DNA of 64,000 bases, from sequence record OZ035799.1, one strand, 5' to 3'. The DNA comes from Justusliebigvirus alia. The notes beneath the pieces are model-generated. The model worked only from the letters and a program-made list of their open reading frames with translations. It had not been told where the DNA came from and did no database searches. This document shows, one piece after another, positions 17,125-26,585 of this stretch (positions are counted from its first letter, which is position 1; each line of letters opens with the position of its first letter). Made by a program: the position numbers and the translations under genes.

Positions 17125-17535
17125 ATGTTCAAATGGTTAAAAGAGTTTCTAACATCTTTGGTAGAACCTAAGCAAGACGTTATTAAAAGCTCTATCACAG
17201 GAAAACCGCTTGTTATAGTTACAGGCGGCTTTGGTCATGGGTTTTCTCTTAAACAAACAGATATAGGTTTACAGGGATCTTTGATTAGTTTTAGAATCAC
17301 TCAATTAGGAGATAATAGACAAACAATCTTAGACCTTTTCAATGGGGAATTTGATGACTATTTATCCAAGAGTGGTAAAGAACGTCTGATCGAGCATATA
17401 AAACACCGCTATGAGCATGGTGGTTACTACTTAGATACAAAACGTAATGCACAAGGTGATCTTGACATAGTTCGTATAGCGTGGGATAATGAATTTAAAA
17501 CTAAACTTGGTAAACTTCTGGAGGAGTTATGGTAA
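17125..17535 (+). CDS. hypothetical protein (136 aa)
   Basis: RBS ACAGGAGAG. Confidence 0.6.
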   Translation: MFKWLKEFLTSLVEPKQDVIKSSITGKPLVIVTGGFGHGFSLKQTDIGLQGSLISFRITQLGDNRQTILDLFNGEFDDYLSKSGKERLIEHIKHRYEHGGYYLDTKRNAQGDLDIVRIAWDNEFKTKLGKLLEELW

Positions 17536-17711
17536 ATATTAAAACAGGTGATATTGTACGTCTTGCTAGTGAAGAAATGTTAATGACTGTAATGGTATCT
17601 ACCTACGATACTTGCGAAGTGGTGTGGTTTGATGTTAATGAACAACTACAGAAAGCTACATTTGATAAACGTATGCTTCGTAAAGTTGAAGAAGTGAAGG
17701 AGGAAGAATAA
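17529..17711 (+). CDS. hypothetical protein (60 aa)
   Basis: RBS GGAGGAG. Confidence 0.5.
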   Translation: MVNIKTGDIVRLASEEMLMTVMVSTYDTCEVVWFDVNEQLQKATFDKRMLRKVEEVKEEE

Positions 17712-17712
17712 T

Positions 17713-17925
17713 ATGACAATGTTGCTTCGTATGTTTGTGTTTCTTATGTTCTGGATTATCGTTGGTAACGGTATTGTGTTTTTGATTTTTCCTGAAGTAA
17801 TGACAGGTAATGAAAATAAGGCAGTGCCTTACATTATGCTTATCGGTTACGGTATTGGTACACTCGGATTACTGTTTGCTGACTGGTTAGTCAATACTTT
17901 GTTCTCTAAGTACAGGAACAACTAA
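17713..17925 (+). CDS. small membrane protein (70 aa, two TM helices)
   Basis: hydrophobic stretches. Confidence 0.55.
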   Translation: MTMLLRMFVFLMFWIIVGNGIVFLIFPEVMTGNENKAVPYIMLIGYGIGTLGLLFADWLVNTLFSKYRNN

Positions 17926-17926
17926 T

Positions 17927-18199
17927 ATGTCGGAAAAATTACCTAATGTTTTCTTTTGTTTTGTAGATTGTGTTACACAAGAAATTATAGTTGACGAAGA
18001 AGGTATGTTTACTTATTTTGCATCTGAAGAAGAGGCAAAACTGTCAGCTATGAAATGTATAAGCCAATTGTCAGTACCTGCTGTCAACAGGTTCGGTATT
18101 GCACAGGTGTATAAAACAGTGACAGAGTTTACACCAGATCGAAAACTAACTTTTCTTAACGTTCACTTTATTTGTAAGTTTAGTGAACTACGACATTAA
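17927..18199 (+). CDS. hypothetical protein (90 aa)
   Basis: ORF in operon context. Confidence 0.5.
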   Translation: MSEKLPNVFFCFVDCVTQEIIVDEEGMFTYFASEEEAKLSAMKCISQLSVPAVNRFGIAQVYKTVTEFTPDRKLTFLNVHFICKFSELRH

Positions 18200-18212
18200 A
18201 TCAGGAGTAAAA

Positions 18213-18812
18213 ATGAAAGAATATTGGAGTGGTGAGAAGGGCTTACTAAAGCCAGGAATGCTTTTGCGAGTGAAGAACATGTTGATCACACAAGATTACA
18301 TAATGCCTAATCCTGGAGCATTAGTAGAATTCCTTACTGCGCGAGATCAACCTGGGGTTGGTGAAATGTGGATAGTAACGTGGATATCTCTCGATGGTAA
18401 ATTGCGCGTTGCTCCTATTGACCCAAAACACCTAGAATCTCCTTACGCCAGTATTGATCCTCGGATCATAGATTTGGCTAGAGTTTATAAAGCTCGTACT
18501 GGTGTAGAATTAAATGTGGAAATTTTAAATCAATGTATTGACTTCTTACCGGAAAAAGTGCATAATGCACAACAAGAAGGTAACGGTTTAGAAGTTGTTC
18601 TTCTTAATGATGGGATGTTCTCTGGTTTGGCATCCGTAGATTTTCCAATAACATTAAGATTGTTACCTGGAGAATATGTACTGGATGAAGATACTATTGC
18701 TATATCCTCTAAAATTTTAGAACTCATTCCAGGTGCAAGGTGTGTTGGTGATACATCTTCCTTGCTGTTTACTCTGAATGAAGAAGCCATTATAGTTAAA
18801 AAGGAGAAGTAA
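18213..18812 (+). CDS. hypothetical protein (199 aa)
   Basis: internal ATG with RBS TCAGGAGTAAAA. Confidence 0.6.
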   Translation: MKEYWSGEKGLLKPGMLLRVKNMLITQDYIMPNPGALVEFLTARDQPGVGEMWIVTWISLDGKLRVAPIDPKHLESPYASIDPRIIDLARVYKARTGVELNVEILNQCIDFLPEKVHNAQQEGNGLEVVLLNDGMFSGLASVDFPITLRLLPGEYVLDEDTIAISSKILELIPGARCVGDTSSLLFTLNEEAIIVKKEK

Positions 18813-18967
18813 ATGATGACGTTTATTGTTGGTGTTGTTGTTGGTTATTTTGGTCACAAGTACCAGGATGTTATCATCGCTAAAGTTGACGAAGTAATCG
18901 AAAAATTTAAACACTAATTTTTTAAAAGGCTGTACTGCTGTGCAGCCTATCTTTCAAAGGAGAGTAA

Positions 18968-19141
18968 AATGTTCAAAGATACCAATTATAAATGTGTACA
19001 TTGTGGTAAATCTTTTGGTGATCACAAAGCTAAAACATTCAATTGTCCACGAAAAGGGCGGGGTAGCTTTAAAGGTTTTAATCCATCCCACGTTTATTCT
19101 CCCAACTACGAGAAACCAGAAGAAGAAAAATTTGTAATCTG
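18968..19141 (+). CDS. small zinc-finger-like protein (57 aa, CxxC...H...C)
   Basis: ORF not in track; RBS AAAGGAGAG. Confidence 0.5.
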
Positions 19142-19151
19142 AGGAGGCAAT

Positions 19152-19439
19152 ATGGAACTAGTGCAAGAAGTTTATGAAAAACTGAAAGAAGAGAATCTTG
19201 ATTGGCCTGAACATGCTCTTATTGTCGTCAAAGATACTAATGGTGAAATAAAATTCTCAAGTGTAAGTGAAGATGATGTTGTTTTAAGTCCTACAGGATA
19301 TTATATGAGAGGTGTTACGTGTCTATTCAACACCAAAGTGTATCCTGAAATTAAACTTAGTTACGGTGAACCTGATCATCCAGAAATCGTTACACGTAAT
19401 GAATATGAAAATTATTATTTTGCTCGTGAAAGCAAATAA
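19152..19439 (+). CDS. hypothetical protein (95 aa)
   Basis: RBS GAGGAGG. Confidence 0.6.
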   Translation: MELVQEVYEKLKEENLDWPEHALIVVKDTNGEIKFSSVSEDDVVLSPTGYYMRGVTCLFNTKVYPEIKLSYGEPDHPEIVTRNEYENYYFARESK

Positions 19440-19447
19440 GGAAAACT

Positions 19448-19771
19448 ATGCAAAAAATAAACACTGGTTCTCGTTATAAACAGAAGCAAACAAAAGCAAG
19501 GGTATCTTATGTTGACAACTCTTGTTATAATTTCAAAAATGTTAAAGAAGTTATCATTGATGAAAAAGAAGGTTTGATTCACATTTCATCTGAACGTTTG
19601 AAAGGTAGTGTTACTCTTCGTGAGAATGTATCTATACCTATGAAAGTTGTGGCTACACTCTGTGTTGATAAACCAGATGTTGTTAACTACTATGTGTTCC
19701 GTGATAGTTGTATTTCATTACATAATAAGATTTTTAAATCTTCGCACGTTAAAACAAAACACATTGTATAA
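19448..19771 (+). CDS. hypothetical protein (107 aa)
   Basis: RBS AAGGAAAAC. Confidence 0.55.
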   Translation: MQKINTGSRYKQKQTKARVSYVDNSCYNFKNVKEVIIDEKEGLIHISSERLKGSVTLRENVSIPMKVVATLCVDKPDVVNYYVFRDSCISLHNKIFKSSHVKTKHIV

Positions 19772-19779
19772 CACATAAA

Positions 19780-19800
19780 CCCGCTCCGGCGGGTTTTCTT
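19780..19800 (+). terminator. rho-independent terminator (CCCGC-TCCG-GCGGG + TTTTCTT)
   Basis: GC hairpin plus T-run. Confidence 0.7.
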
Positions 19801-19845
19801 GTATGTGTGTTTTTATTTGTCTTAGCATAAACAATAGGAGGTATT

Positions 19846-20067
19846 ATGTCTGTAGTTGTAGAAGGTAGTATTGGTTTCTTAGTAGATAACCCTCACCCTT
19901 TCGTGGTTAAGGTTCATATTCAAGAAAAGGTAAGCAACAATACGTGGTTGTGCTTGTTAGATAGTAAGATACACTCTTATACAGAGGTTTATCTTCACAC
20001 TTGGCAAATTGGTACGATAACAGCAGAGGATGAATTGATAATTGAACTATATGAACGAGATCTATAG
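19846..20067 (+). CDS. hypothetical protein (73 aa)
   Basis: RBS ATAGGAGG. Confidence 0.55.
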   Translation: MSVVVEGSIGFLVDNPHPFVVKVHIQEKVSNNTWLCLLDSKIHSYTEVYLHTWQIGTITAEDELIIELYERDL

Positions 20068-20148
20068 ATGACTTTATTAGAGAGTATTGTAGTGTTAATC
20101 ATCTTTATCGTTGTTGTCATAGGATATTTTACAGAAGACTAAAATAAA

Positions 20149-20179
20149 GCCCCTAGAAGCGATTCTAGGGGCTTTTGTT
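20149..20179. terminator. bidirectional terminator hairpin (GCCCCTAG-N7-CTAGGGGC + T-run) between convergent blocks
   Basis: 8-bp stem flanked by A-run and T-run. Confidence 0.7.
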
Positions 20180-20242
20180 TGCATTAGATAGGGAAACGTA
20201 TTACTAAAATAAAAAGTGCGTTAGAATGCGTTACAGGAGGTT

Positions 20243-20500
20243 TTAAGAATGCATAAAATCTTCTTCAGGGCAGGTTGAGAGATAAGAGATGCACGTTGGG
20301 ACAACAACAACATTATCTTTAAGGTTTGCAACCAAGCCTTTTGTAATTCCAGCCACTGCCCCGTTAATATCTGCTTGACGGATACCAAAACCTTGTTGTG
20401 CGGATAGATAACAAAATCCCTCACCTTTCTGTTGATTATTATTGAAGTAATAAACGTAGTGCATCATAAAATGGTCTTTAACGATTTGTTCTGTGGTCAT
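20243..20500 (-). CDS. hypothetical protein (85 aa)
   Basis: minus-strand ORF with RBS AGGAGAATATT. Confidence 0.55.
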   Translation of the reverse strand: MTTEQIVKDHFMMHYVYYFNNNQQKGEGFCYLSAQQGFGIRQADINGAVAGITKGLVANLKDNVVVVPTCISYLSTCPEEDFMHS

Positions 20501-20513
20501 AATATTCTCCTAT

Positions 20514-20536
20514 AAGAAAAGGGGCTTTCGCCCCTT
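20514..20536 (-). terminator. terminator hairpin GGGGCTTTCGCCCC (recurrent motif)
   Basis: identical hairpin also at 31806 and 44892. Confidence 0.6.
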
Positions 20537-20543
20537 GGTCAAG

Positions 20544-21356
20544 TTACTTAGTCAAATGATCTTCTATCATTTTTATGAAAGCAGGATTGCTAAAAGCATC
20601 TGCTGCCTTTTCTCTATAAACAAAGACTCCTCTATCTTCGTAAAGAAGAGTTTCTTCGTAATTAATTCCTGGGTTAACAACAATCATTTTTGTACCCATA
20701 CTAAGTGCAGGGAATAATTCCCAATTAAAATTGATAACTTGGTTTGAACATCCTACTACAACAACCAAATCTTGCATGGTCAAAGTATCAAACAAGTGAG
20801 CCATATCTGCATACAAAGGTGCAGCCTCACCAAAAAATACAACATTAGGCTTCACCCAATTATAATCATCTATGTTTATACTATTGTAACCAATGTCTAC
20901 CAGTGTTTTGTAATCTCCAGGATGCATACGGTAAACTACTTCAGGAAGATACCCGTGCACGTGAATAACAGAATCCCTGTCCACACCTGCTCGCTCTAGT
21001 AGATCATCAACGTTTGTTGTCAAGTTTACTACTTGGTTAGGATATTCCTTAAACCACTTTGCTATTTGAATATGTGCAGCATTAGGTTGTACATCTTTAA
21101 GCTCAACACGTCTTTTGTTATAAAATTCGTGTGTTTTGGCATACAAGTCCATACCGTTCTCGTCTACACCACCGACCACTGGAAGATCTGGTGATGTTCT
21201 CACACGATAACCTGCTTGGAAAGCTCCAATATCGCAGATCTCTTCTAAATCCCATTCTTCCCATAAGGCACGACCACTATCTGTGTCTGTTCGGAATGTT
21301 CGAATCCCACTGTCTGCACTTAAACCAGCTCCACTAACAAAAATTACTCTTCGCAT
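20544..21356 (-). CDS. Sir2-family (sirtuin-like) NAD-dependent protein lacking the zinc-ribbon module
   Basis: motifs GAGLSADSGIRTFR, QPNAAH, TTNVDDLLERAG, HVHG, VVFFGE; no CxxC pairs. Confidence 0.75.
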   Translation of the reverse strand: MRRVIFVSGAGLSADSGIRTFRTDTDSGRALWEEWDLEEICDIGAFQAGYRVRTSPDLPVVGGVDENGMDLYAKTHEFYNKRRVELKDVQPNAAHIQIAKWFKEYPNQVVNLTTNVDDLLERAGVDRDSVIHVHGYLPEVVYRMHPGDYKTLVDIGYNSINIDDYNWVKPNVVFFGEAAPLYADMAHLFDTLTMQDLVVVVGCSNQVINFNWELFPALSMGTKMIVVNPGINYEETLLYEDRGVFVYREKAADAFSNPAFIKMIEDHLTK

Positions 21357-21913
21357 TCAATATCCTCTTCGTAATCATCATCCCAAGAAGATGCATCGTA
21401 ACGCTCTTCCTCTTCGAAATCCCAATTAATTTCTACTCCAAAATCTAAAAACAATTTAACAATGTTTTCTGTAGAATAGTATTTATCATAAGCGTTAGCT
21501 AGTTCCCAATACTTGTCACTCAATTTTTTATAAGTAGGATCATTATAGTCATAATCTACTTTATAACCATAGTCATACATCTCTTGTTCAGCTTTAAGCA
21601 TAGCTTCTGGTGTAAGAAGATTAGGGAACGGACGATTTCTTTCTTTTAACTTAGAAGCGATCCAGTTTGCAACATTCACCACTTCACCATCTCGATTATC
21701 ACCTAAACAACTTGCATAATCTCCATCTTCGTAAGTGCCTAAATCCCCACTAACTTCATGTACAATAGACGAATACGATCCACACGTTTCACAATCTGAA
21801 AAAGTGTCTACTGTTGTAATATCAACAGATAAAACTGGTAAAGCCATAGCTTCTTTCACACAAGCCTCCTCATATAATAACATGTCATCAAAACCCATAT
21901 ATCCTCCAGACAA
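21344..21913 (-). CDS. acidic hypothetical protein (189 aa)
   Basis: ORF overlapping Sir2 start; D/E/Y-rich. Confidence 0.55.
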   Translation of the reverse strand: MSGGYMGFDDMLLYEEACVKEAMALPVLSVDITTVDTFSDCETCGSYSSIVHEVSGDLGTYEDGDYASCLGDNRDGEVVNVANWIASKLKERNRPFPNLLTPEAMLKAEQEMYDYGYKVDYDYNDPTYKKLSDKYWELANAYDKYYSTENIVKLFLDFGVEINWDFEEEERYDASSWDDDYEEDIECEE

Positions 21914-21953
21914 ATAAAGCCCCTGCTTGGGGGCTTTGGTTAAGTTTTACGGA

Positions 21954-22562
21954 TTATACCAGACTTTTAAGGTACTTGTCAAGGGCTTCTTGATCACCTT
22001 GACAAACATAGCAACGGAAGTCTTGAGCAGAAGGTTCTTTGTCTTCGTCCCAATCCCAATAGACAGTACCTTTATAGCGTGAACCTGGGAACTCGAAATA
22101 TGCTGTATGAGTAATATGATGTGGGCCACCCCAAAACTGTGTAAAAGTAAATTGAGGATACGCTGCTTTAACTGTATTTTCAAACCAAGTTTTACGATCT
22201 AATGCTTCGTTTATAAAATAAGCATGGCGTTCCATTTCATCCCAGTTTTTCCAAACGCATTTTTCATCCAGAGAAAAAACAAAATCTTCACTGTTGAATT
22301 CATCTGTATCTTCCAAAATATCATAATCATGTGCACTAGGTATCCACCATCCAGCTTCTAGTAGTGCTTTCACGGGTACAAAACCTTTTTCAGCATATTG
22401 ATCAAATTCTTTTACTCTACGTACAGTGCAGTATTCATCTTCACCACCAATGTCCAGTAGACAAGCACCTTTGCGTCTTGCTGCAAGACCATGTGTATCA
22501 AAAACTACAACACTACCTTCACCGTCTTCACGATCTACTTGATATGCAACTTTTTGAGTCAT
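21954..22562 (-). CDS. hypothetical protein (202 aa)
   Basis: long ORF, no motif recognised. Confidence 0.6.
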   Translation of the reverse strand: MTQKVAYQVDREDGEGSVVVFDTHGLAARRKGACLLDIGGEDEYCTVRRVKEFDQYAEKGFVPVKALLEAGWWIPSAHDYDILEDTDEFNSEDFVFSLDEKCVWKNWDEMERHAYFINEALDRKTWFENTVKAAYPQFTFTQFWGGPHHITHTAYFEFPGSRYKGTVYWDWDEDKEPSAQDFRCYVCQGDQEALDKYLKSLV

Positions 22563-22685
22563 ATTACCCCCAATGTATATGGGAAATTAACCAAAAGATA
22601 AATTCCCAAAAACACCAACCAAGAAAAGTTAATGGAATTATAAAAGCTATCAGAGCAGTCTTCCAGCCTTTCCACAATGTTTCCA

Positions 22686-23675
22686 CTATTCCTCCATACA
22701 TTTAAGAATATGTGCAATGACAGGTATAGTCCAACCGTTACCTAACATCTTATATGCTTGTGTATTACTACTCACTTTAAAGTAGTCATCTGGCACACCT
22801 TGCAAACGGCAACACTCTTTAACGGTTAACTTTCTATAATGTACGCCTTCACTCAATTTTTCAAAAGCATCTAAATATCTTCCAGGTGGAATGTAAGCTA
22901 ATAGTACGTCTTTCGGCACAGTCGTGAGGCAACGAGTTTTTTCACTGTCCTGAACTTCCAAACAATGTACCAAACGATCAGTTTTAGATGTACTACGTTT
23001 GCCATTTTCATTAATTCTACGCCCATATATTGCTGCTGGATAAAAAACCAGTTGTCTGCGACTCTTTTCAAAATACTGTTCTATATTACCACCTTTGGCA
23101 TAATTTGCATCTATGCAATAAGCCTTATCTCTGTCTACAATACTATCATCTTCAATGATATCTTGCAACACTTCATTGGTAATATCCCAGGGTTTTATTT
23201 CCCAGTTGCACCAGTATAAACGTTGTCTATTCTGTGCCGTGAAATCTGCGGAGTTAATGAATACGGGATCAACACCTAAGTAACTTGTGATCACGTTTTC
23301 CCACTCCACTTTCATCTTAACGTTTTCGAGCATGAACTTAACATTAGGGTTAAACTTTTTAATATGTTCAAGAATCTCAACATATTCGAAGAATAGCTTA
23401 GATCGCGGATCTTGAAAGTTCAAACCCTTACCAGAAGAAGAGAAGCCTTGACACGGACTACCACCTAACAAAAGATCAATTTCTCCCCACGGAATATCCC
23501 ATTCTCTCCATTTTGTAACATCGCCTAACTGAATAATATCTGGAAAATTTGCTTGGCTTTCAGCTATGGCGAATTTGTCTAATTCTGAAGCATAATATGT
23601 ATCTACTTCAATACCTGCACTTTTTAGCGCAAGCATTCCTCCTGACATACCATCAAAAAGACTTAAAACTTTCAT
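22686..23675 (-). CDS. DNA cytosine-5 methyltransferase
   Basis: motif I FDGMSGG, motif IV GSPCQGFS, motif VI ENV. Confidence 0.8.
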   Translation of the reverse strand: MKVLSLFDGMSGGMLALKSAGIEVDTYYASELDKFAIAESQANFPDIIQLGDVTKWREWDIPWGEIDLLLGGSPCQGFSSSGKGLNFQDPRSKLFFEYVEILEHIKKFNPNVKFMLENVKMKVEWENVITSYLGVDPVFINSADFTAQNRQRLYWCNWEIKPWDITNEVLQDIIEDDSIVDRDKAYCIDANYAKGGNIEQYFEKSRRQLVFYPAAIYGRRINENGKRSTSKTDRLVHCLEVQDSEKTRCLTTVPKDVLLAYIPPGRYLDAFEKLSEGVHYRKLTVKECCRLQGVPDDYFKVSSNTQAYKMLGNGWTIPVIAHILKCMEE

Positions 23676-24088
23676 TATTGCTTCTTCTCCTTAACACTAG
23701 CTGGTAATTCTGCCTTGAGGCAGAAGTTTAAACGGTAAGCCTCATTTTCATTTAAAAGTACAGATTCACACGATAACCAGAACAAGAGATCCTCAATACC
23801 AGGGCTGTTAAGCCAACAGTGCAGAAGAGAATGTTGTTCTATATCAATGTAATTTAGTAACAAGGCTTGTAAGGCGTAACTAGTTCCTGTCGTTTTTGCT
23901 TTTTCAAGGATGATATTGTGTTTACTAACAACTTTCTTCCTAAGACCAAACCATTTATTAACAACAACAGTCTCCTCTTGTAGTTGTTTTCTTATTTTCT
24001 CACATTCTTTAACTACAATCTGCATCTTATCCACTGCCGATTGAAGTTGTTCTTTTGTTGGGTTTACAAAATAATCACTATAATACAT
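23675..24088 (-). CDS. hypothetical protein (137 aa)
   Basis: ORF with RBS GAGGAG; own promoter. Confidence 0.6.
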   Translation of the reverse strand: MYYSDYFVNPTKEQLQSAVDKMQIVVKECEKIRKQLQEETVVVNKWFGLRKKVVSKHNIILEKAKTTGTSYALQALLLNYIDIEQHSLLHCWLNSPGIEDLLFWLSCESVLLNENEAYRLNFCLKAELPASVKEKKQ

Positions 24089-24114
24089 GCTAATCTCCTC
24101 TTCTGTTTTTCTGT

Positions 24115-24143
24115 AGTTTATTCGAAAAAACTGGTGTTGTCAA
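24115..24143 (-). promoter_or_regulatory. sigma70-like promoter on minus strand (TTGACA-N17-TAAACT)
   Basis: reverse-complement hexamers upstream of CDS start 24088. Confidence 0.5.
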
Positions 24144-24170
24144 CAAAAAACCCGCCGAAGCGGGTTTATA
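24144..24170 (-). terminator. rho-independent terminator (CCCGC-CGAA-GCGGG, T-run on minus strand)
   Basis: hairpin flanked by A6/T-run. Confidence 0.65.
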
Positions 24171-24428
24171 TTATTCTACAGGAACTTCTTCACCAAGAGA
24201 GACTTCTAAACGGAATGCTTTACTTTCAATACACTCACTACCTTTTAGAAAATCAAATTGCACTATAGACTGACTTAATAGGATAGATAGAATCACATCG
24301 CAATCTTCACTAGGAGCTAGATGTTTGTATTCTTCCTTCAAGGTAACATCATAAAAACATAAATCCCCTACTCCTAGTTCATCCCATCCTTCCCACGCAT
24401 CTACAAAGTTAAATTCTAAACCTTTCAT
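24171..24428 (-). CDS. hypothetical protein (85 aa)
   Basis: ORF. Confidence 0.5.
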   Translation of the reverse strand: MKGLEFNFVDAWEGWDELGVGDLCFYDVTLKEEYKHLAPSEDCDVILSILLSQSIVQFDFLKGSECIESKAFRLEVSLGEEVPVE

Positions 24429-24949
24429 ACAACCTCCTCGTAGTTGTTATTGTGTTTTACTGTCTCAACATACAATAAAGATTCCATCTGTAATACATTA
24501 CCAGAAATAATAAACCCATAGGCCATTTCAGATGTGTCTATATCATATGCCCCGTCTTCCGGTTTAGCAAAGTGTAAAACTATTTCATCTGGGTTTTCTT
24601 CATCCCATAGTTTAGAAATTTTCCGAACCAGAATGTTCGCTAAAATAGTTGACATTCGGGATAAAGCTGTATCCTCATATCTTTTAAAACCTAGCCAATA
24701 GAGGTTAAGAATTTCTACTTCTTCTTGTGTTAAGTTTTTGTCTAAAGTAATCAGATCTGTAGAGCACGGCGTTTTTGTTGAACCTACTGTTACAAAACCT
24801 GGGGTGTTATGAAAAACAATCTTAACTTTATCACGTATAAAGTTTAAACCTTGTGCCTCAACTATATATTGTATTGTAGGTACAATATCGTTTGTTACAT
24901 CAATAAAACTATCTTTAATGACGCTTATATTATTTCTGGACAAGACCAT
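24425..24949 (-). CDS. hypothetical protein (174 aa)
   Basis: ORF. Confidence 0.6.
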   Translation of the reverse strand: MVLSRNNISVIKDSFIDVTNDIVPTIQYIVEAQGLNFIRDKVKIVFHNTPGFVTVGSTKTPCSTDLITLDKNLTQEEVEILNLYWLGFKRYEDTALSRMSTILANILVRKISKLWDEENPDEIVLHFAKPEDGAYDIDTSEMAYGFIISGNVLQMESLLYVETVKHNNNYEEVV

Positions 24950-25508
24950 TCTCCTCTAAAATAGGCTTAATAAATTCGAAAATTTGTTTTTTACTTTTAC
25001 CTCGAATATTAAAACAAGGAACATTAAACTTTTTAGCCAACATCCAAGCTGTTCTTGTACCACCTAAAGGATCTCCATTTTTATCTGTATTTGCACAAGC
25101 TAAAAGAAAACAAGATGGTTTTGGATTCTCAAGATCTCTTCCAAGAACTTGGTGGATATTTCTTTGATGTAATTTTTTAGCACCTTGAGATAATCTGTCC
25201 CAAGCTGGATGCAATTCTTTTGCATATTGCAAGGTTAAAGCATAGTTTACACTATCTGGTCTATCAAGAACAATAACCTCTCCCTCTATCTCATTACCTT
25301 TAAACGAGAGCCAAGGAATGTATATTTCTTTCTTTGTATTGTTCCCACTCTCATATACCCCGCATTCAAATGCGGAATCTGCACCTTCTGCTTTACCAGA
25401 TCGCAAAATGAACCATGTAGATAACCATTTTGCAACAGATACCATAGTATCCCATTCTTCGTCTGTAATATCTCTGCTACCAACACCTGTGTAGAATAAA
25501 TCGCTCAT
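24930..25508 (-). CDS. DprA/Smf-like (SLOG-superfamily Rossmann) protein, putative
   Basis: N-terminal YTGVGSRDIT motif; start refined to MSDLFYTG with RBS AAGGAGAAAAC. Confidence 0.45.
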   Translation of the reverse strand: MSDLFYTGVGSRDITDEEWDTMVSVAKWLSTWFILRSGKAEGADSAFECGVYESGNNTKKEIYIPWLSFKGNEIEGEVIVLDRPDSVNYALTLQYAKELHPAWDRLSQGAKKLHQRNIHQVLGRDLENPKPSCFLLACANTDKNGDPLGGTRTAWMLAKKFNVPCFNIRGKSKKQIFEFIKPILEENGLVQK

Positions 25509-25518
25509 GGTTTTCTCC

Positions 25519-25839
25519 TTAACAAGTAATATTGGGAGTAACAATTGGATTAACAATTGGAGTGATAGGGTACGTAAACCAAGGGCTTCCAATTTCCCAA
25601 GGATTATAAGGTCTACGAGGATCAAATGGAGGAGTTACTTCAGGCTTTTTCCAAATCTCCGCTAGTTGTTTCTTCCATTTATCCCTTGCTGTCTCATTAT
25701 CTTCATCCAACTGTTCATCATTATCTTTTATTTCTGGTTTTGGAAATAAAAGCTCTTTGACTAACTCAACATCTTCCGTCTCAATAGTAGTTTCTTTCGT
25801 AAGTTCTCCTACTGTTTCTTTAATTGTGATTTTATACAT
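25519..25839 (-). CDS. hypothetical protein with Pro-rich C-terminus (106 aa)
   Basis: ORF. Confidence 0.5.
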   Translation of the reverse strand: MYKITIKETVGELTKETTIETEDVELVKELLFPKPEIKDNDEQLDEDNETARDKWKKQLAEIWKKPEVTPPFDPRRPYNPWEIGSPWFTYPITPIVNPIVTPNITC

Positions 25840-26585
25840 TAGTCCTCCTCTAAAGTAGAATAAAATTGTAACGTATTTGAATCATCAAAATATGCAAAGG
25901 TTAAATTACCATTGAAGCAAGATCCTGTGTCCATATATACCCTATTACTGCTAATTACAGGCTTAGGAACATAAGAATGCCCGTGAAATACATAATCTAC
26001 TCCTGAAACTCTAGGAAGAAGAATCCCTTCAAGTGCGCAATCTATCATATCACGATCCCACATTAAAGATTCTGTGAATCGAGAAACTTGCTCTTTATTC
26101 ATATTCAAACAAAATGGCAAAACTTCTGTCACTGGTAAATGTTCCAAAACTGAAGGATACCCACCGTGAATAAAGCCTAGTTTCATATTACGATAATTGA
26201 CAACAAGTACAACAGGTAAATCTTCTAGCATCAAAGCAAGAGCAGTTGCACCCTCTTCTCCACACTCGTCTAGAACTGTATGGCCTCCGTTCTGAAACCA
26301 ACATTCGTAATATCGTCTATCACCTTCTAGCAACCCTTTAATCATCATATCTTCATGATTTCCACGAATACCATAACGATTTAGCTTTCTGGTGAATTCA
26401 ACAACACAACGAAAATTCTGCTTGCCGCGATCTGTAAGATCTCCTAGAGATACAACAACATCTTGATCTCGGATACCTAAAGTATTAACACCTTTCTGGT
26501 ACAAATCAAAGCAACCATGTAAATCACCAATAATAAACAGGTCTTGATCATCTTTTACACTAATTTCTTGATATACTAACATCAA
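25839..26585 (-). CDS. Ser/Thr protein phosphatase (PPP-family metallophosphatase)
   Basis: motifs GDLHG, GDLTDRG, GNHE. Confidence 0.8.
   Translation of the reverse strand: MMLVYQEISVKDDQDLFIIGDLHGCFDLYQKGVNTLGIRDQDVVVSLGDLTDRGKQNFRCVVEFTRKLNRYGIRGNHEDMMIKGLLEGDRRYYECWFQNGGHTVLDECGEEGATALALMLEDLPVVLVVNYRNMKLGFIHGGYPSVLEHLPVTEVLPFCLNMNKEQVSRFTESLMWDRDMIDCALEGILLPRVSGVDYVFHGHSYVPKPVISSNRVYMDTGSCFNGNLTFAYFDDSNTLQFYSTLEED

Noticed and set aside
18940-19137. 65-aa ORF from the track
   Set aside because: Wrong frame. The same region encodes a better-supported 57-aa zinc-finger-like protein (18968..19141) with a strong RBS.
20772-21337. Plus-strand ORFs 20772..20999 and 21131..21337 inside the Sir2-like gene
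   Set aside because: Antisense to a CDS with strong sirtuin motifs.
22686-23675. Restriction-modification system
   Set aside because: No restriction endonuclease candidate is adjacent to either methyltransferase, so they look like orphan protective enzymes.
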